Origin: an uncultured candidate division Zixibacteria bacterium
GTDB lineage: Bacteria; Zixibacteria; MSB-5A5; GN15; FEB-12
Reading direction: 5' to 3'
Length of the DNA: 64,000 bases
Assembly: GCA_963806185.1 (NCBI GenBank)
Contig: CAWDXE010000004.1
Coordinates: forward strand, 384,001 to 448,000
The notes beneath the pieces were generated by a model. It worked only from the letters and a program-made list of their open reading frames with translations, ran no database searches and was not told the DNA's origin. This document shows, piece by piece, positions 32,028 to 41,790 of this stretch. Each line of letters begins with the position of its first letter. Position 1 is the first letter of the stretch. A program made the position numbers and the translations under genes.

Positions 32028-33671
32028 CTATTTCTTTGCCAACTGATCGTCGTTGGTTCTTCCGATAGTTCCAGCCATCTGATCCAGTCTCGCCTCCATC
32101 TTTTCAAGCCGCGCCTTCAACTCAACATTCTCCTCGCTAACTTTCGCAAGCTCCGCTGTCCGCTTTTCGAGTGCCTGGACAGCGATCATCAGGATCCCTG
32201 CTTCGTCCCCGGAATTGATGGTGACAGAGTCACCGACTTGACCCATGGAGTCATGGCCGAACGCGGCAAAGAACTCCTGCGCCATCGGGCCGTAGTGGCG
32301 GAATGTGGTCGGATCGTTGTTCTTGTAGTTCCAGCTGGTGATGCCGAAATTGCTGATCTTGCGAAGAACCTCCTCGCCGTCTACCGCACGGAAGTTCTCT
32401 TTCTGGTTGCGGTCGGACGTGAAGGTATAAGCGACCTGGCCTTCGATTTTGGTGACGCTAGTGTTTCCGATTCGAACTTTGTTGCTGGCATTTACACTCG
32501 CCCCATAGCCAATAACAGTGGCATTGGTCAGTCCATCTGACGCAACATTGGCGGCAAATCCAATTGCTGTGTTATATGAGCCAGAAATATTGCCGTATAG
32601 CGCAAGGGCTCCGTAGCCGGTATTACCGGTGCCGCCCACGTTTGCTATGAGCGCGGAAGCACCGCAGGCGGTGTTGGACGAACTAGTGTTGTTCTGAAGT
32701 GAACCATCTCCAAGGGCACTGTTGCGGCCACCGTTGACGTTGCTATGGAGCGCATGGTTCCCGATGCCAGTATTGCCGCTACCGACAGTATTGTTCAGGA
32801 GTGCTTGGAAACCGACGGCCGTGTTGCTGCCACCGTTGTTGTAGAGCAATGCCTGAAAGCCGACGGCCGAATTGTTGAGGCCATTGGTGTTGGAAAAGAG
32901 TGTTTGGAAGCCACAGGCGGTATTGCTGTCACCCACCGTGTTGCTGTAGAGGGCGTCCTTTCCAAAAGCGGCGTTGTACTTACCGGTCGTGTTGTTGAGA
33001 AGGGCATTGTGGCCGCTGGCGGTGTTTCCATTACCGGTGATGTTGGAAGAAAGGGCGTTGAATCCGGTGCTGGTGTTCCAATTTCCGCTTGTGTTCAGAT
33101 GCTGGGCGTTTACTCCTGTCATAGTGTTCTCAGTACCGCTCATCGTCAGGTTCCCGGCATTCAGACCAATTGCGGTATTACCAGAACCGAAATTCTGAAC
33201 GAACGGAACCCCCCCCTTCAGAATATTTCCTGTCGTTGCGGTCGAATTGTCCAGGTTCAGATTGCCCGTGACGCTGCCGCCGGTGGTTCCGTCGATCGTG
33301 CTCACCCGGTTTGCATACGGCACCGTGACGAGGCGGGTACGCGGAGTCAGCTCCGGGTCGGCCCCAACTCTTACTCCCAGATAGCGCGTTGTACCGTTGA
33401 AAACGGTATCCTTGACGGGAGTCACGGTTCCAAGCAGGACAGCAAAGAGGCCGTCGGAGGTGGTTACCGACTGTGTCTCCGTCCATTTGCCGGCGCCGCC
33501 CGAGGGCGCGTCGTAAATGGTGAATGTAACTGAGTAGGTGGCATTGGGCACTGCTGTGCCGCCGGCATTGGTCAGGCGCCCCTGATAGTTGATGAGTTGT
33601 GGTGTGGCGGCGTAGACACTAGAAACGCACAACACCACGGCAACGCAAAGGGCCTTCGCGAAATAGTTCAT
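32028..33671 (-). CDS. Secreted fibre protein with ~14-aa Asn/Gly repeats and C-terminal S74 intramolecular chaperone
   Basis: Signal peptide; INYQGRL..LGVRV..PELTPR..VPYA N-domain; NTAxGxxALxxN repeats; SDRNQKEN..HYGPMAQE..AVQAL and coiled coil. Confidence 0.82.
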   Translation of the reverse strand: MNYFAKALCVAVVLCVSSVYAATPQLINYQGRLTNAGGTAVPNATYSVTFTIYDAPSGGAGKWTETQSVTTSDGLFAVLLGTVTPVKDTVFNGTTRYLGVRVGADPELTPRTRLVTVPYANRVSTIDGTTGGSVTGNLNLDNSTATTGNILKGGVPFVQNFGSGNTAIGLNAGNLTMSGTENTMTGVNAQHLNTSGNWNTSTGFNALSSNITGNGNTASGHNALLNNTTGKYNAAFGKDALYSNTVGDSNTACGFQTLFSNTNGLNNSAVGFQALLYNNGGSNTAVGFQALLNNTVGSGNTGIGNHALHSNVNGGRNSALGDGSLQNNTSSSNTACGASALIANVGGTGNTGYGALALYGNISGSYNTAIGFAANVASDGLTNATVIGYGASVNASNKVRIGNTSVTKIEGQVAYTFTSDRNQKENFRAVDGEEVLRKISNFGITSWNYKNNDPTTFRHYGPMAQEFFAAFGHDSMGQVGDSVTINSGDEAGILMIAVQALEKRTAELAKVSEENVELKARLEKMEARLDQMAGTIGRTNDDQLAKK

Positions 33672-33949
33672 TGACCCGAACCTCTACAGCAAAAAGTTGT
33701 TCGCTTTTCGAAGGAAATGGACTATGAGTATCGATGTGCTCTACAATATAAGCGATTTGTTCAGGATTCCAACGTCAAAGGGGCGAGGTACTGGCGGGCC
33801 GGTGTGCGATCACTCAGGGCCGGTTCCAGTGTATGGCCAAGACTTTGGCAACAAAGCGCTTGAGCCGAATTGTAGTGGTGGGCGCCCGGGACTATTAGTC
33901 TCTTGCACCCTTCTCCAAATGAGTGTAACTTATTGACTTGTCTGTCATT

Positions 33950-34035
33950 GCCGGAGTGGTGGAATTGGTAGACACCAGGGACTTAAAATCCCTTGTTCCG
34001 AGAGGGACGTACCGGTTCGAGTCCGGTCTCCGGCA
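33950..34035 (+). tRNA. tRNA-Leu(TAA)
   Basis: GCCGGAG/CTCCGGC acceptor stem, anticodon loop CTTAAAA, long variable arm, GGTTCGAG. Confidence 0.96.
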
Positions 34036-34053
34036 CTTATTTCGACTAAAATG

Positions 34054-34087
34054 AAAAGCCCCGCCTCAACGGAGACGGGGCTTCTTC
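34054..34087. terminator. Terminator between tRNA-Leu and cytochrome operon
   Basis: AAAAGCCCCG...CGGGGCTTCTT hairpin. Confidence 0.7.
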
Positions 34088-34102
34088 AACACTAGACGAT
34101 TC

Positions 34103-35173
34103 CTAATCCTTCTTCAGAGCCGCAAGTTGCGTCGCCGGCGGAGCTCCTGCTCCGTTGGGATCACCAGTCGTGATGTAGTTCAAGGCTGATTTGAGCAAGC
34201 CCAGAGCATATTCGGTGTTATGAATCCCTTCCGAACGATCTTCCTTGATGAACATGTAATTATAAACCGCGCCCGTTGAGTCGCGGTGCTTCACGATCTT
34301 GTCCGCCTTCGGAGCGTAGGTCGAGTCGAGCAAATCGGCCGCCAGAAGCGCCTCACCCAGAGCATCAAAATACGTATTGGTGGAGTCCTGAGCGTATTCG
34401 AAATTCAGGTCCTCAACCTCACCGGCATGACACAGTGGCTTATTGCAGCCAGACAGATTCTGTTCTTCGCCTTCAAACGTCTCCTCAGCCATCCGCCAGG
34501 TGTGACCGCCCACGGCGTTACCAAGAGACGGAGACATGTGGCAGTCTACGCAGCCGTCAGCCGCGACATTGCTGTGCGCCGAATTGCTGTAGGTGTAATC
34601 GGCATACTCATAGCCGCCGGTGCCTTCAAGCATATCGCCCGGGTTGCTGTGGTGCGGCCCGAAACGGGAGCTCAGCTTGACGCTGTCGGCGACATAGGTG
34701 TTGACATTGCGGCGACTGTGATGGCAGTTGGCGCAGAGATTGCCCATGCCATGATCGAACACAACGCCGTTTTCAAGTGTGTATGGTGCCACAGTGCGCA
34801 GGGCCAGAGTACCGGTTGTGTGCGGAGCGTGGCAGGTGAAGCAGCCAATGCCGGAATAGTGACTAGAGTCAGTGCCGGTGCCGGCAAGGTAGGCCAGAAA
34901 TCCTTCACCCGTATGGCAACGTTCGCAGGAGCGGTCGCCAGCCAAAGAGTTAATGATCGCCGTCTCACCAATACCGTGTTTTGACGTCGCCCACTGGGCC
35001 TGAGCGGCTGACATCGTCAGATCGTTGTCCCCATGACACGTCATACACTGGTCGGCACCGGTGAAATCGGTGGTGTTGTCGACGATTTCATTCGTCACTT
35101 TGCGTTCGCAGCCGCCGCCGGCGATCAGCGCCAGCAGGGCCACAAGCACGAAAATGAAAGTTAGGTATCTCAT
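34103..35173 (-). CDS. Multiheme c-type cytochrome lipoprotein (5 CXXCH + 1 CX4CH)
   Basis: Lipobox ..AGGGC; CMTCH, CERCH, CFTCH, CANCH, CVDCH and CNKPLCH. Confidence 0.88.
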   Translation of the reverse strand: MRYLTFIFVLVALLALIAGGGCERKVTNEIVDNTTDFTGADQCMTCHGDNDLTMSAAQAQWATSKHGIGETAIINSLAGDRSCERCHTGEGFLAYLAGTGTDSSHYSGIGCFTCHAPHTTGTLALRTVAPYTLENGVVFDHGMGNLCANCHHSRRNVNTYVADSVKLSSRFGPHHSNPGDMLEGTGGYEYADYTYSNSAHSNVAADGCVDCHMSPSLGNAVGGHTWRMAEETFEGEEQNLSGCNKPLCHAGEVEDLNFEYAQDSTNTYFDALGEALLAADLLDSTYAPKADKIVKHRDSTGAVYNYMFIKEDRSEGIHNTEYALGLLKSALNYITTGDPNGAGAPPATQLAALKKD

Positions 35174-35183
35174 CAGTCTCTCC

Positions 35184-36755
35184 TTAGAACTGTATGTCCT
35201 TAATCAAATTTACTTCTACGATATTGCCCGTGTAATACTGATCGGTGAAATGGAAGTCGTCGAAATTGTAAACGTTGTACCGAACCTCAAGATGATGCTC
35301 CGGCCGAAACGTCCACACGGCGCCGAAATCCAGATTCGACTTCTCGATATCGTTGTCGCGGCGACTGCGATAGTAGGAAGCGCCAAAATCTAGCGTCACC
35401 GGACCGATCGCCCGGGGATATACGTGACCGCTGAGCATGTGGTCCTGGAATTCGTAGCTGATCTGGTCGGAACGATTCTCGAACTTGCCCACGTAGTAGG
35501 TGTATGAGGCTTCCAGGCGTCCCCACTCACTGCGTACCAGGCCGAGTGTGCCCGAAAGAGCGTCGTAATCGACCTTGCTCGTCAGGTCCTTGTTCTCGCG
35601 CGTCCGGCTGATCCAACGGGCCGTCAGATCGCCCCAGCGGGCATCGCGGTACTGCGCCATGACGCGGTGACGGTTGTCGTCCTGTTGGCCGGCGAAAGCC
35701 GACCCTTCATCGTTTTCGCGATTGCGTGTCGTGATGCGAGCAGTCAGGAGGAGACGTTCGGTCGGTCTGAGCCAACCGTCGGCCAGATACCCAGTAGAGG
35801 TCGTCTTGTCGACATAATTGTCAGCCAGGTAGTTCTCATAGCCGACCCGAAGTCCGCCGACGCGCGCGAAGTTCTTACCGATCGAGATCGTATTGAGAAT
35901 GTGATCGGCCGAACGATCGCGGTAGACGTGGTCGAGCATGCCCCAGAGGAAGCGGTAATCGACGGTGATCTCCGGCTTCAGATAGAGCTTGGCGCCGGCC
36001 CACGACTGTTTGGTCTTCAGTTCGCTCTCGGGATCGCGGTAGTCGGTCTGGTCCTTGCGATAGCTGTAGCCGGCCGACAGGAGCAGATTCCGATAGCGGG
36101 GAAGAGGGGCTGAGCCGGTTAGCGTAAACTGATCAGCCTTGCGATCGGCGTCGGCCGTCGATTTGTCGTTGAAGCCGAAATGGCGATAGTCGGCACGCAG
36201 TGTCCCATAGTTACAGAAGGCGGCGGCACCAACCGAAAAGTTGCTGTGGGAATAGTCCGTACTTCTAACGACTGTGTCTTCGGCCGACGGCAGGACATTG
36301 TAATCAGTGCCGTGCTTGGCGGTCGTGCCAAAACCTCCGAAGACTTCTACGTACTTCACCGGCCGGATAGTGGCATTAACGGTCGTCGTGCGACGACGGG
36401 TGAAGTTGTTGCCGTTATAGTCATAGATTCGGCGATATTGATTATTGGTGACATTCAAGCCGAACAGGCCGGGTTTGTGGAAACCGGCCCGCAGATTGCG
36501 GTTATTCAGGGTGATATTGCGCAGGTCGGCGTCGACCGCCATGCCGTTATCCAACTGATAACGCCAGTCGACCAGCGAGATTCCCACACCTTCGTAGAAA
36601 TTAAACGTTTCCTGGTTTACACCGAGATTGCCCTCTTCGTCGGCCCAGTGGTACCCGACCGACACGCCTCCAGCGCCGGAGGCCGCCAATGCGACACCGG
36701 AAGAAGCCACCACGGCCGCCAGGAGTGCAATCACGATAAGATAGTAGCGTTTCAT
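35184..36755 (-). CDS. Outer-membrane beta-barrel, MtrB/PioB-like porin
   Basis: Signal peptide, amphipathic Tyr-rich beta strands and terminal Phe; lies between two multiheme cytochromes. Confidence 0.75.
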   Translation of the reverse strand: MKRYYLIVIALLAAVVASSGVALAASGAGGVSVGYHWADEEGNLGVNQETFNFYEGVGISLVDWRYQLDNGMAVDADLRNITLNNRNLRAGFHKPGLFGLNVTNNQYRRIYDYNGNNFTRRRTTTVNATIRPVKYVEVFGGFGTTAKHGTDYNVLPSAEDTVVRSTDYSHSNFSVGAAAFCNYGTLRADYRHFGFNDKSTADADRKADQFTLTGSAPLPRYRNLLLSAGYSYRKDQTDYRDPESELKTKQSWAGAKLYLKPEITVDYRFLWGMLDHVYRDRSADHILNTISIGKNFARVGGLRVGYENYLADNYVDKTTSTGYLADGWLRPTERLLLTARITTRNRENDEGSAFAGQQDDNRHRVMAQYRDARWGDLTARWISRTRENKDLTSKVDYDALSGTLGLVRSEWGRLEASYTYYVGKFENRSDQISYEFQDHMLSGHVYPRAIGPVTLDFGASYYRSRRDNDIEKSNLDFGAVWTFRPEHHLEVRYNVYNFDDFHFTDQYYTGNIVEVNLIKDIQF

Positions 36756-36765
36756 GATTTCCTCC

Positions 36766-37689
36766 TCACTGTACACCGTGGCACCAGCAACTGCTGCCAA
36801 ACCGAGCCGAGAGGTTCGGATCGAGCAGGTTGCCGCTTGTGAATGATCCATGCACGTCCGTGTGACAGGTCATGCAATCCATATTCGCATACTGGCCGCT
36901 GTGGGCGGTCTGATGGGTCGGCACCACATGACACTGGCGACAAACCAGATTTTCCGGCTGGCGAAGCAGATGATCGTTCGCGCTACCGTGAGGCGTGTGG
37001 CATTCCACGCAACCGTCACCGTCCACCGAATGTGAGCTCATCGGACCGTGCTCGTACAGGAACGGTCCAGCCACCTGCGGATGGCAGCTCTGGCAAACCC
37101 GGTTGAGACCAAGCTCGACCGGGAGATCGTTTCTCCGGGCAAACTGGTGGCAGGACAAGCAGGTCATTGCGCCCTGGAGGACCGGATGGTTGGTCGCTTT
37201 GTGGAAATCGGCCCGTGTCGTCTCGTGACACGGCATGCAGAATTCGGCCCGGTCGTCCAGCAGCAGGTCCTTGTGACCGCCGTGGACCTTGTGGCACGAA
37301 TTGCAGTTGAGTCTTAATGATGTGTGCGGGTCGAACCCAAAGTCGTCCATCTCCCGATGATTGACGTGGCAGGTACCGCACAGCGTGCTCACGGAATCGT
37401 TGGGCAGGCGCCCGGGATTTCCGATGTTCTCCGCTGAGGGATCCTCCACGTGCACGGCCGCGTTGCTGTGGCAACTGCGGCAGGCTACGGTTGTGGCTGG
37501 ACTTTTCATCTGAGAGCTCAACCGATGAGCCGTAGCGGTCAGTGTCGAGTCCAGACCTGAGTGACACCCTATACAGGTTTCATCATCAGGCCCGGCCATA
37601 GCCGGCGCCTCCTGCGCCAACACTGGCAACCCGAACACACAGACCAGACCACAGATGATCAGAAGTAGTCGTAGGCCCCGTGAATTCAT
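36766..37689 (-). CDS. MtrA/DmsE-like periplasmic decaheme cytochrome c
   Basis: Signal peptide; ten CXXCH; GPF.YEH and CVECHTPHGS; extra terminal CWCH. Confidence 0.9.
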   Translation of the reverse strand: MNSRGLRLLLIICGLVCVFGLPVLAQEAPAMAGPDDETCIGCHSGLDSTLTATAHRLSSQMKSPATTVACRSCHSNAAVHVEDPSAENIGNPGRLPNDSVSTLCGTCHVNHREMDDFGFDPHTSLRLNCNSCHKVHGGHKDLLLDDRAEFCMPCHETTRADFHKATNHPVLQGAMTCLSCHQFARRNDLPVELGLNRVCQSCHPQVAGPFLYEHGPMSSHSVDGDGCVECHTPHGSANDHLLRQPENLVCRQCHVVPTHQTAHSGQYANMDCMTCHTDVHGSFTSGNLLDPNLSARFGSSCWCHGVQ

Positions 37690-37780
37690 TCCTTACCTCG
37701 TTATGGACAATATAATTGTCATATCTTTGTCATTTCTCTCTTGTCTATATCGTAATCAGGATCAAATCTCTACATAAAAA

Positions 37781-37798
37781 AAGAGATTTTTTTCACAA
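37781..37798. promoter_or_regulatory. Putative Crp/Fnr- or Rex-type operator upstream of porin-cytochrome operon
   Basis: AAGAGATTTTTTTCACAA; its 15-mer GAGATTTTTTTCACA is identical to 14897-14911. Confidence 0.5.
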
Positions 37799-38001
37799 AT
37801 TCAGTCCGCTATTACGGTACGAAATAGTATCGATCGCGTAGAGAGTTAATATGTTGCGATGCAACCAATAAGCGCAATGACGTAGATTGAAATACTCCAC
37901 GCTTCATGTCAATCATCGACTAGCGGATTACCACTAAATAGGGCGGACAGGGATACGAACCAACAATCTATGGAGGGCGGCACCAGGCAGCAATGAACCG
38001 T

Positions 38002-39360
38002 TCAATCAAAGATCTTTCCGGGGTTCAGGATGTTGGCAGGATCAAACTGACGTTTGATTCCACGCATCAGAGCGACCGATTCACCATGTTCGGCCGCAAA
38101 CAGATCCTTGTGGCCAAGCCCGATACCATGTTCGCCGGAAATGGTGCCGTCAACTTCTATCGTTTTTCTGATGATTTCATTATTAGCGGCCATGGTCTTT
38201 TCCCACGATGCTGGGTCGTTCGGGTCGGCCAACATGAGGGCGTGCAGGATTCCCAACCCGACGTGACCGAAGGTAAACATTGGAATCTTCTGGCGATCAC
38301 CCAATTCATGGCAGAAGGCAACCATTTCGGGAAGTTTCGAAATGGGGAAAGCTACGTCGTTGCGAACAATTACCCAGCCGGCGCGGGCATGTTTGATGGC
38401 ATCGGTCGCCCAGTGCCTGATTTCCCAGGGTTTCTGTCCTTCGGCAAGCTGGATGGCCGAAGCTCCTCGCTCGTTGCAGATTTCGTCCGCCAGAGCGCCA
38501 TTCGAATCGAGCACGGGCTTTGGCCCGTGGAATTCGAGAAAGAGGGACGGTGCTTCGCGAAGGCCATATCCCTTCAACTGATTGAGGGCCGCCATCAAAT
38601 TGCGATCGAGAAACTCAATCGCGGCTATGTCAATACCGTAGCGCCGAATTTCGGAGACCGCCTGAGCGGCTGACAATTCAGTCGGAAAGACGTAGGCTGT
38701 TTGGAGGCGATCTTCCGGGAGCCCGGCGAGTCGCATCGTGATTGACGTTATAATTGCGAGGGTTCCTTCAGAGCCGGAGACGAGATCGATGAGATTGTAG
38801 CCGGAGGATCGTTTGACCGCCCGATTGCCGAGGCGAATCTTGTCGCCTGTACCTGTCACGACCTCCAGCGACAACACGTATTCGCGCGTACCGCCATACT
38901 TGACCGAATAGATACCGCTGGCATTGGTAGAGACCATGCCGCCGATCGTAGCGACGTCGCCTGATCCTCCCGGAGAAGGCGGGAAGAACAGGCCGTCACG
39001 CTTAAGCTGCGCATTGAGGTTATCGTAAATGATTCCGGGTTCCACTTGAATCTGGAGATCCTCAGGCCAGTAATTGAGAATCTTAGTCATGCGCGACAGG
39101 TCGAGCACAATTCCGCCCGGAACTGGAATGGTCGAGCCTTCCAGAGCGCTTCCGGCGCCCCGGGCAGTGATGGGGATTCGATTCTCGCCGCAGTAGCGAA
39201 TTATGCGCTGGACCTCGTCTGCACTCTGCACCCAGACTACCGCAACCGGCAGGACAGCCGCGAGAGTCGATTCGTCGTGCGAGGCTACAGCCAATTGATC
39301 GGCCTGAGCTGATACTTGATTGGCAGGAACGATTGACCGCAATTGCTCTACTAGACCCAT
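38002..39360 (-). CDS. FAD-linked oxidase (GlcD / D-lactate dehydrogenase family)
   Basis: RGAGS, TIGGMVSTNASG..VKYG, GSEGTL, GEHGIG and DP.NILNPGK. Confidence 0.9.
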   Translation of the reverse strand: MGLVEQLRSIVPANQVSAQADQLAVASHDESTLAAVLPVAVVWVQSADEVQRIIRYCGENRIPITARGAGSALEGSTIPVPGGIVLDLSRMTKILNYWPEDLQIQVEPGIIYDNLNAQLKRDGLFFPPSPGGSGDVATIGGMVSTNASGIYSVKYGGTREYVLSLEVVTGTGDKIRLGNRAVKRSSGYNLIDLVSGSEGTLAIITSITMRLAGLPEDRLQTAYVFPTELSAAQAVSEIRRYGIDIAAIEFLDRNLMAALNQLKGYGLREAPSLFLEFHGPKPVLDSNGALADEICNERGASAIQLAEGQKPWEIRHWATDAIKHARAGWVIVRNDVAFPISKLPEMVAFCHELGDRQKIPMFTFGHVGLGILHALMLADPNDPASWEKTMAANNEIIRKTIEVDGTISGEHGIGLGHKDLFAAEHGESVALMRGIKRQFDPANILNPGKIFD

Positions 39361-39379
39361 GTCCGCCGATCCCCGGTAG

Positions 39380-40705
39380 TTAAGCGTATAGTCCGCGAAG
39401 TTCAGCCGCTTTGGCGACGCGTTCGATGGCCACGATGAAGGCCGCCGTGCGCATCGGCACTTTGTACTTCTGAGACGTTTCAAGCACGGTGGCGAATGAC
39501 GTTTCCATCATCCGCTGCAAATCCTCCATGACCCGCTCGGCCGTCCAGTAGTAGCCCATTCGATTCTGTACCCACTCCAGATAGGAAACGCCCACGCCGC
39601 CCGCATTGCAGAGTATATCCGGAATGATGAAAGTCCCTTTCTTGTCGAGTATGTCATCAGCCTCGGGTGTGCACGGACCGTTGGCGCACTCGGCTATAAG
39701 TCGTGCCTTAATCCTTGCCGCGTTGTCTTTTGTTATCTGATTCTCGAGCGCGGCCGGGATGAGAATATCAACTGGCAGTTCCAGCAGTTTCATCGGGTCA
39801 TCGAGCTTCTGGACGTCGGCGCTCTTCTCAAAGCCCTTCAAAGTGCGATTCTTCTGGATGTGCGTGATGGCTTCTGTGGGATCAATCCCTTTCGGATTAT
39901 AGAAGGCACCGTCGATATCTGAGATCGCTTGAATGGTACACCCCTCCTCGTGAAGGAGGACGGCCGAAAACGATCCGGCGTTGCCGAATCCCTGGACGGC
40001 GACGCTGGCATTGGCCAGGTTCATCTTGAGATGGGCAGCTGCCCGGATGACGCAGAACACCATGCCTTGGGCCGTAGCCGAACCGCGACCAGCTGACCCG
40101 CCCAGCTCCAACGGCTTGCCCGTGACCACCGCCGGGATATAGTCCCCGCCGTGATGCATAGAATAGGTGTCCATAAACCAGGCCATGATCTGGGGGTTCG
40201 TGTTGACGTCGGGAGCCGGGATATCGCGATCCGGCCCGAACAGGTCATTTAGTTCAGCGAAATATCGGCGCGACAAGCGTTCGAGTTCTGCGGTCGATAA
40301 CTTGCTCGGGTCGACGACGATCCCTCCTTTGCCGCCGCCCATAGGTATGCCGATGGTGGCGCACTTGAACGTCATCCAGAAAGCCAGCGCCTTCACTTCG
40401 TCCAGCGTTACCTGCGGATGAAAGCGCACGCCTCCCTTCGCCGGTCCCCGCGCCACACTATGCTGCACGCGCAGTCCGTGGAAGACTTGAATTCGGCCGT
40501 CGTCCATTCTCACTGGCAGCTTTACCATTGTCACTCGGCGGGGCTGGCGGATCAATGCGAGTTGGTCGTCGGACAGCTTGATGAATTTGGCGGCGCGATC
40601 GAACTGGGCGAGTGCATTATCGAATGCGGAGACATTAGCGCTCAGGTGTGACGTCGTGGTGGCGTGAGCACCGTTCATGCGTTGGTCGGGATTGGGCCGA
40701 GGCAT
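39380..40705 (-). CDS. gdhA: Glutamate dehydrogenase (Glu/Leu/Phe/Val family)
   Basis: GPAKGGVRFH, GGGKGG, DIPAPDVNT, VQGFGNAG and NAGGVGVSYLEWVQN. Confidence 0.92.
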   Translation of the reverse strand: MPRPNPDQRMNGAHATTTSHLSANVSAFDNALAQFDRAAKFIKLSDDQLALIRQPRRVTMVKLPVRMDDGRIQVFHGLRVQHSVARGPAKGGVRFHPQVTLDEVKALAFWMTFKCATIGIPMGGGKGGIVVDPSKLSTAELERLSRRYFAELNDLFGPDRDIPAPDVNTNPQIMAWFMDTYSMHHGGDYIPAVVTGKPLELGGSAGRGSATAQGMVFCVIRAAAHLKMNLANASVAVQGFGNAGSFSAVLLHEEGCTIQAISDIDGAFYNPKGIDPTEAITHIQKNRTLKGFEKSADVQKLDDPMKLLELPVDILIPAALENQITKDNAARIKARLIAECANGPCTPEADDILDKKGTFIIPDILCNAGGVGVSYLEWVQNRMGYYWTAERVMEDLQRMMETSFATVLETSQKYKVPMRTAAFIVAIERVAKAAELRGLYA

Positions 40706-40843
40706 TGCTTCTGTCCTTTCGTCACTATTTCAAAACACATCTATCCTGATTCGGGCAACCGAATCAATCGGTCGGCCAAGAAGATATGCAATTGGCGGGT
40801 GACAGGCAAAGAAGATTGTTGGGCAGCGGATCGAATCGGACGT

Positions 40844-41790
40844 TTAGGCGCGATTGGGGGACTTGCGACGATCACGGAGGTAGTTGGAGCCGGGCCGTTG
40901 CTTGACCGCCTTCTTGACTTCCGCCAGAATGCGTGACAGCTCCCCTACGTGAGCAAATTTGCCTCGCTCGTGACAGACGACGGCAATCGAAATGGTCAGA
41001 ATCGGGTACTGCTCGACGTCGCCTTTGCGGTTAACCGTCGTTATGAATCCGCGATCCCGATCGACCTGGTCGTATCGGTAGGGGATAAAAGCATCAAAGC
41101 ACTTGATTATCCAACGGCAGACGTCATCGACAATGTCGTGAGGAATGACATAAATGAAGTCGTCGCCCGCGATATGACCGACAAATCCTTCGCGGCAGAG
41201 ATCAAAGACCACGTCACGAATGATCTTTCCGGTCAGTTTGATGATGCGGTCGCCGTGTGCGTAGCCGTAGTAGTCGTTGAAGGCCTTAAAATTGTCCAGA
41301 TCGGCATAACAGACGGCAAACTCTGACTGCATCTCCATCTGACGGAGAATCTCCTGCTCAATCATGGTCGGCCCGGGGAGCCGGGTGGAGGGATTAAGGG
41401 AGACATCGCGATTGCTGCGCGAGATTACTCGTTGCACGCGTACCTGCACCAGCTTTTCGATCCATTCTCCGTAGATGAAATCTTCGACACCGTGCTCGTA
41501 TGCCGCCACGACATGGTTGGTCGGCGGATCCGGGTGATAGATGATAACCGGAATGATGGCAAGGAAGACGTTATCCTTGATCTGTCGGACCAGCTCGATG
41601 GACGGGAGGGTCTCGGTTTTGCTAGGCGACGACGATGGTACTTACCGGGTAGCGCTGACAGATTCTAACTAGGGATTCGAACGACTCAAAGTAGTGGAAT
41701 GATACCGGCAGGTCCTTGAAGAACTTGCGCAGATGGAAGTCGAAATTCACCCCATGCTGCCGCAAGGCAATATGGATCGCAGCCTTAGCC
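40844..41790 (-). CDS. GGDEF-family protein (AGDDF) with degenerate receiver-like N-terminus; apparent +1 frameshift near 41624; 5' end approximate
   Basis: NPSTRLPG, DLDNFKAFNDYYG..GD and GHIAGDDF. Removing one T from gcctagcaaa joins the upstream frame. Confidence 0.75.

Noticed and set aside
32520..33190. CRISPR-like periodic repeats
   Set aside because: The ~42 bp periodicity is degenerate coding repetition of the 14-aa fibre repeat; there are no identical repeats with spacers and no cas genes.
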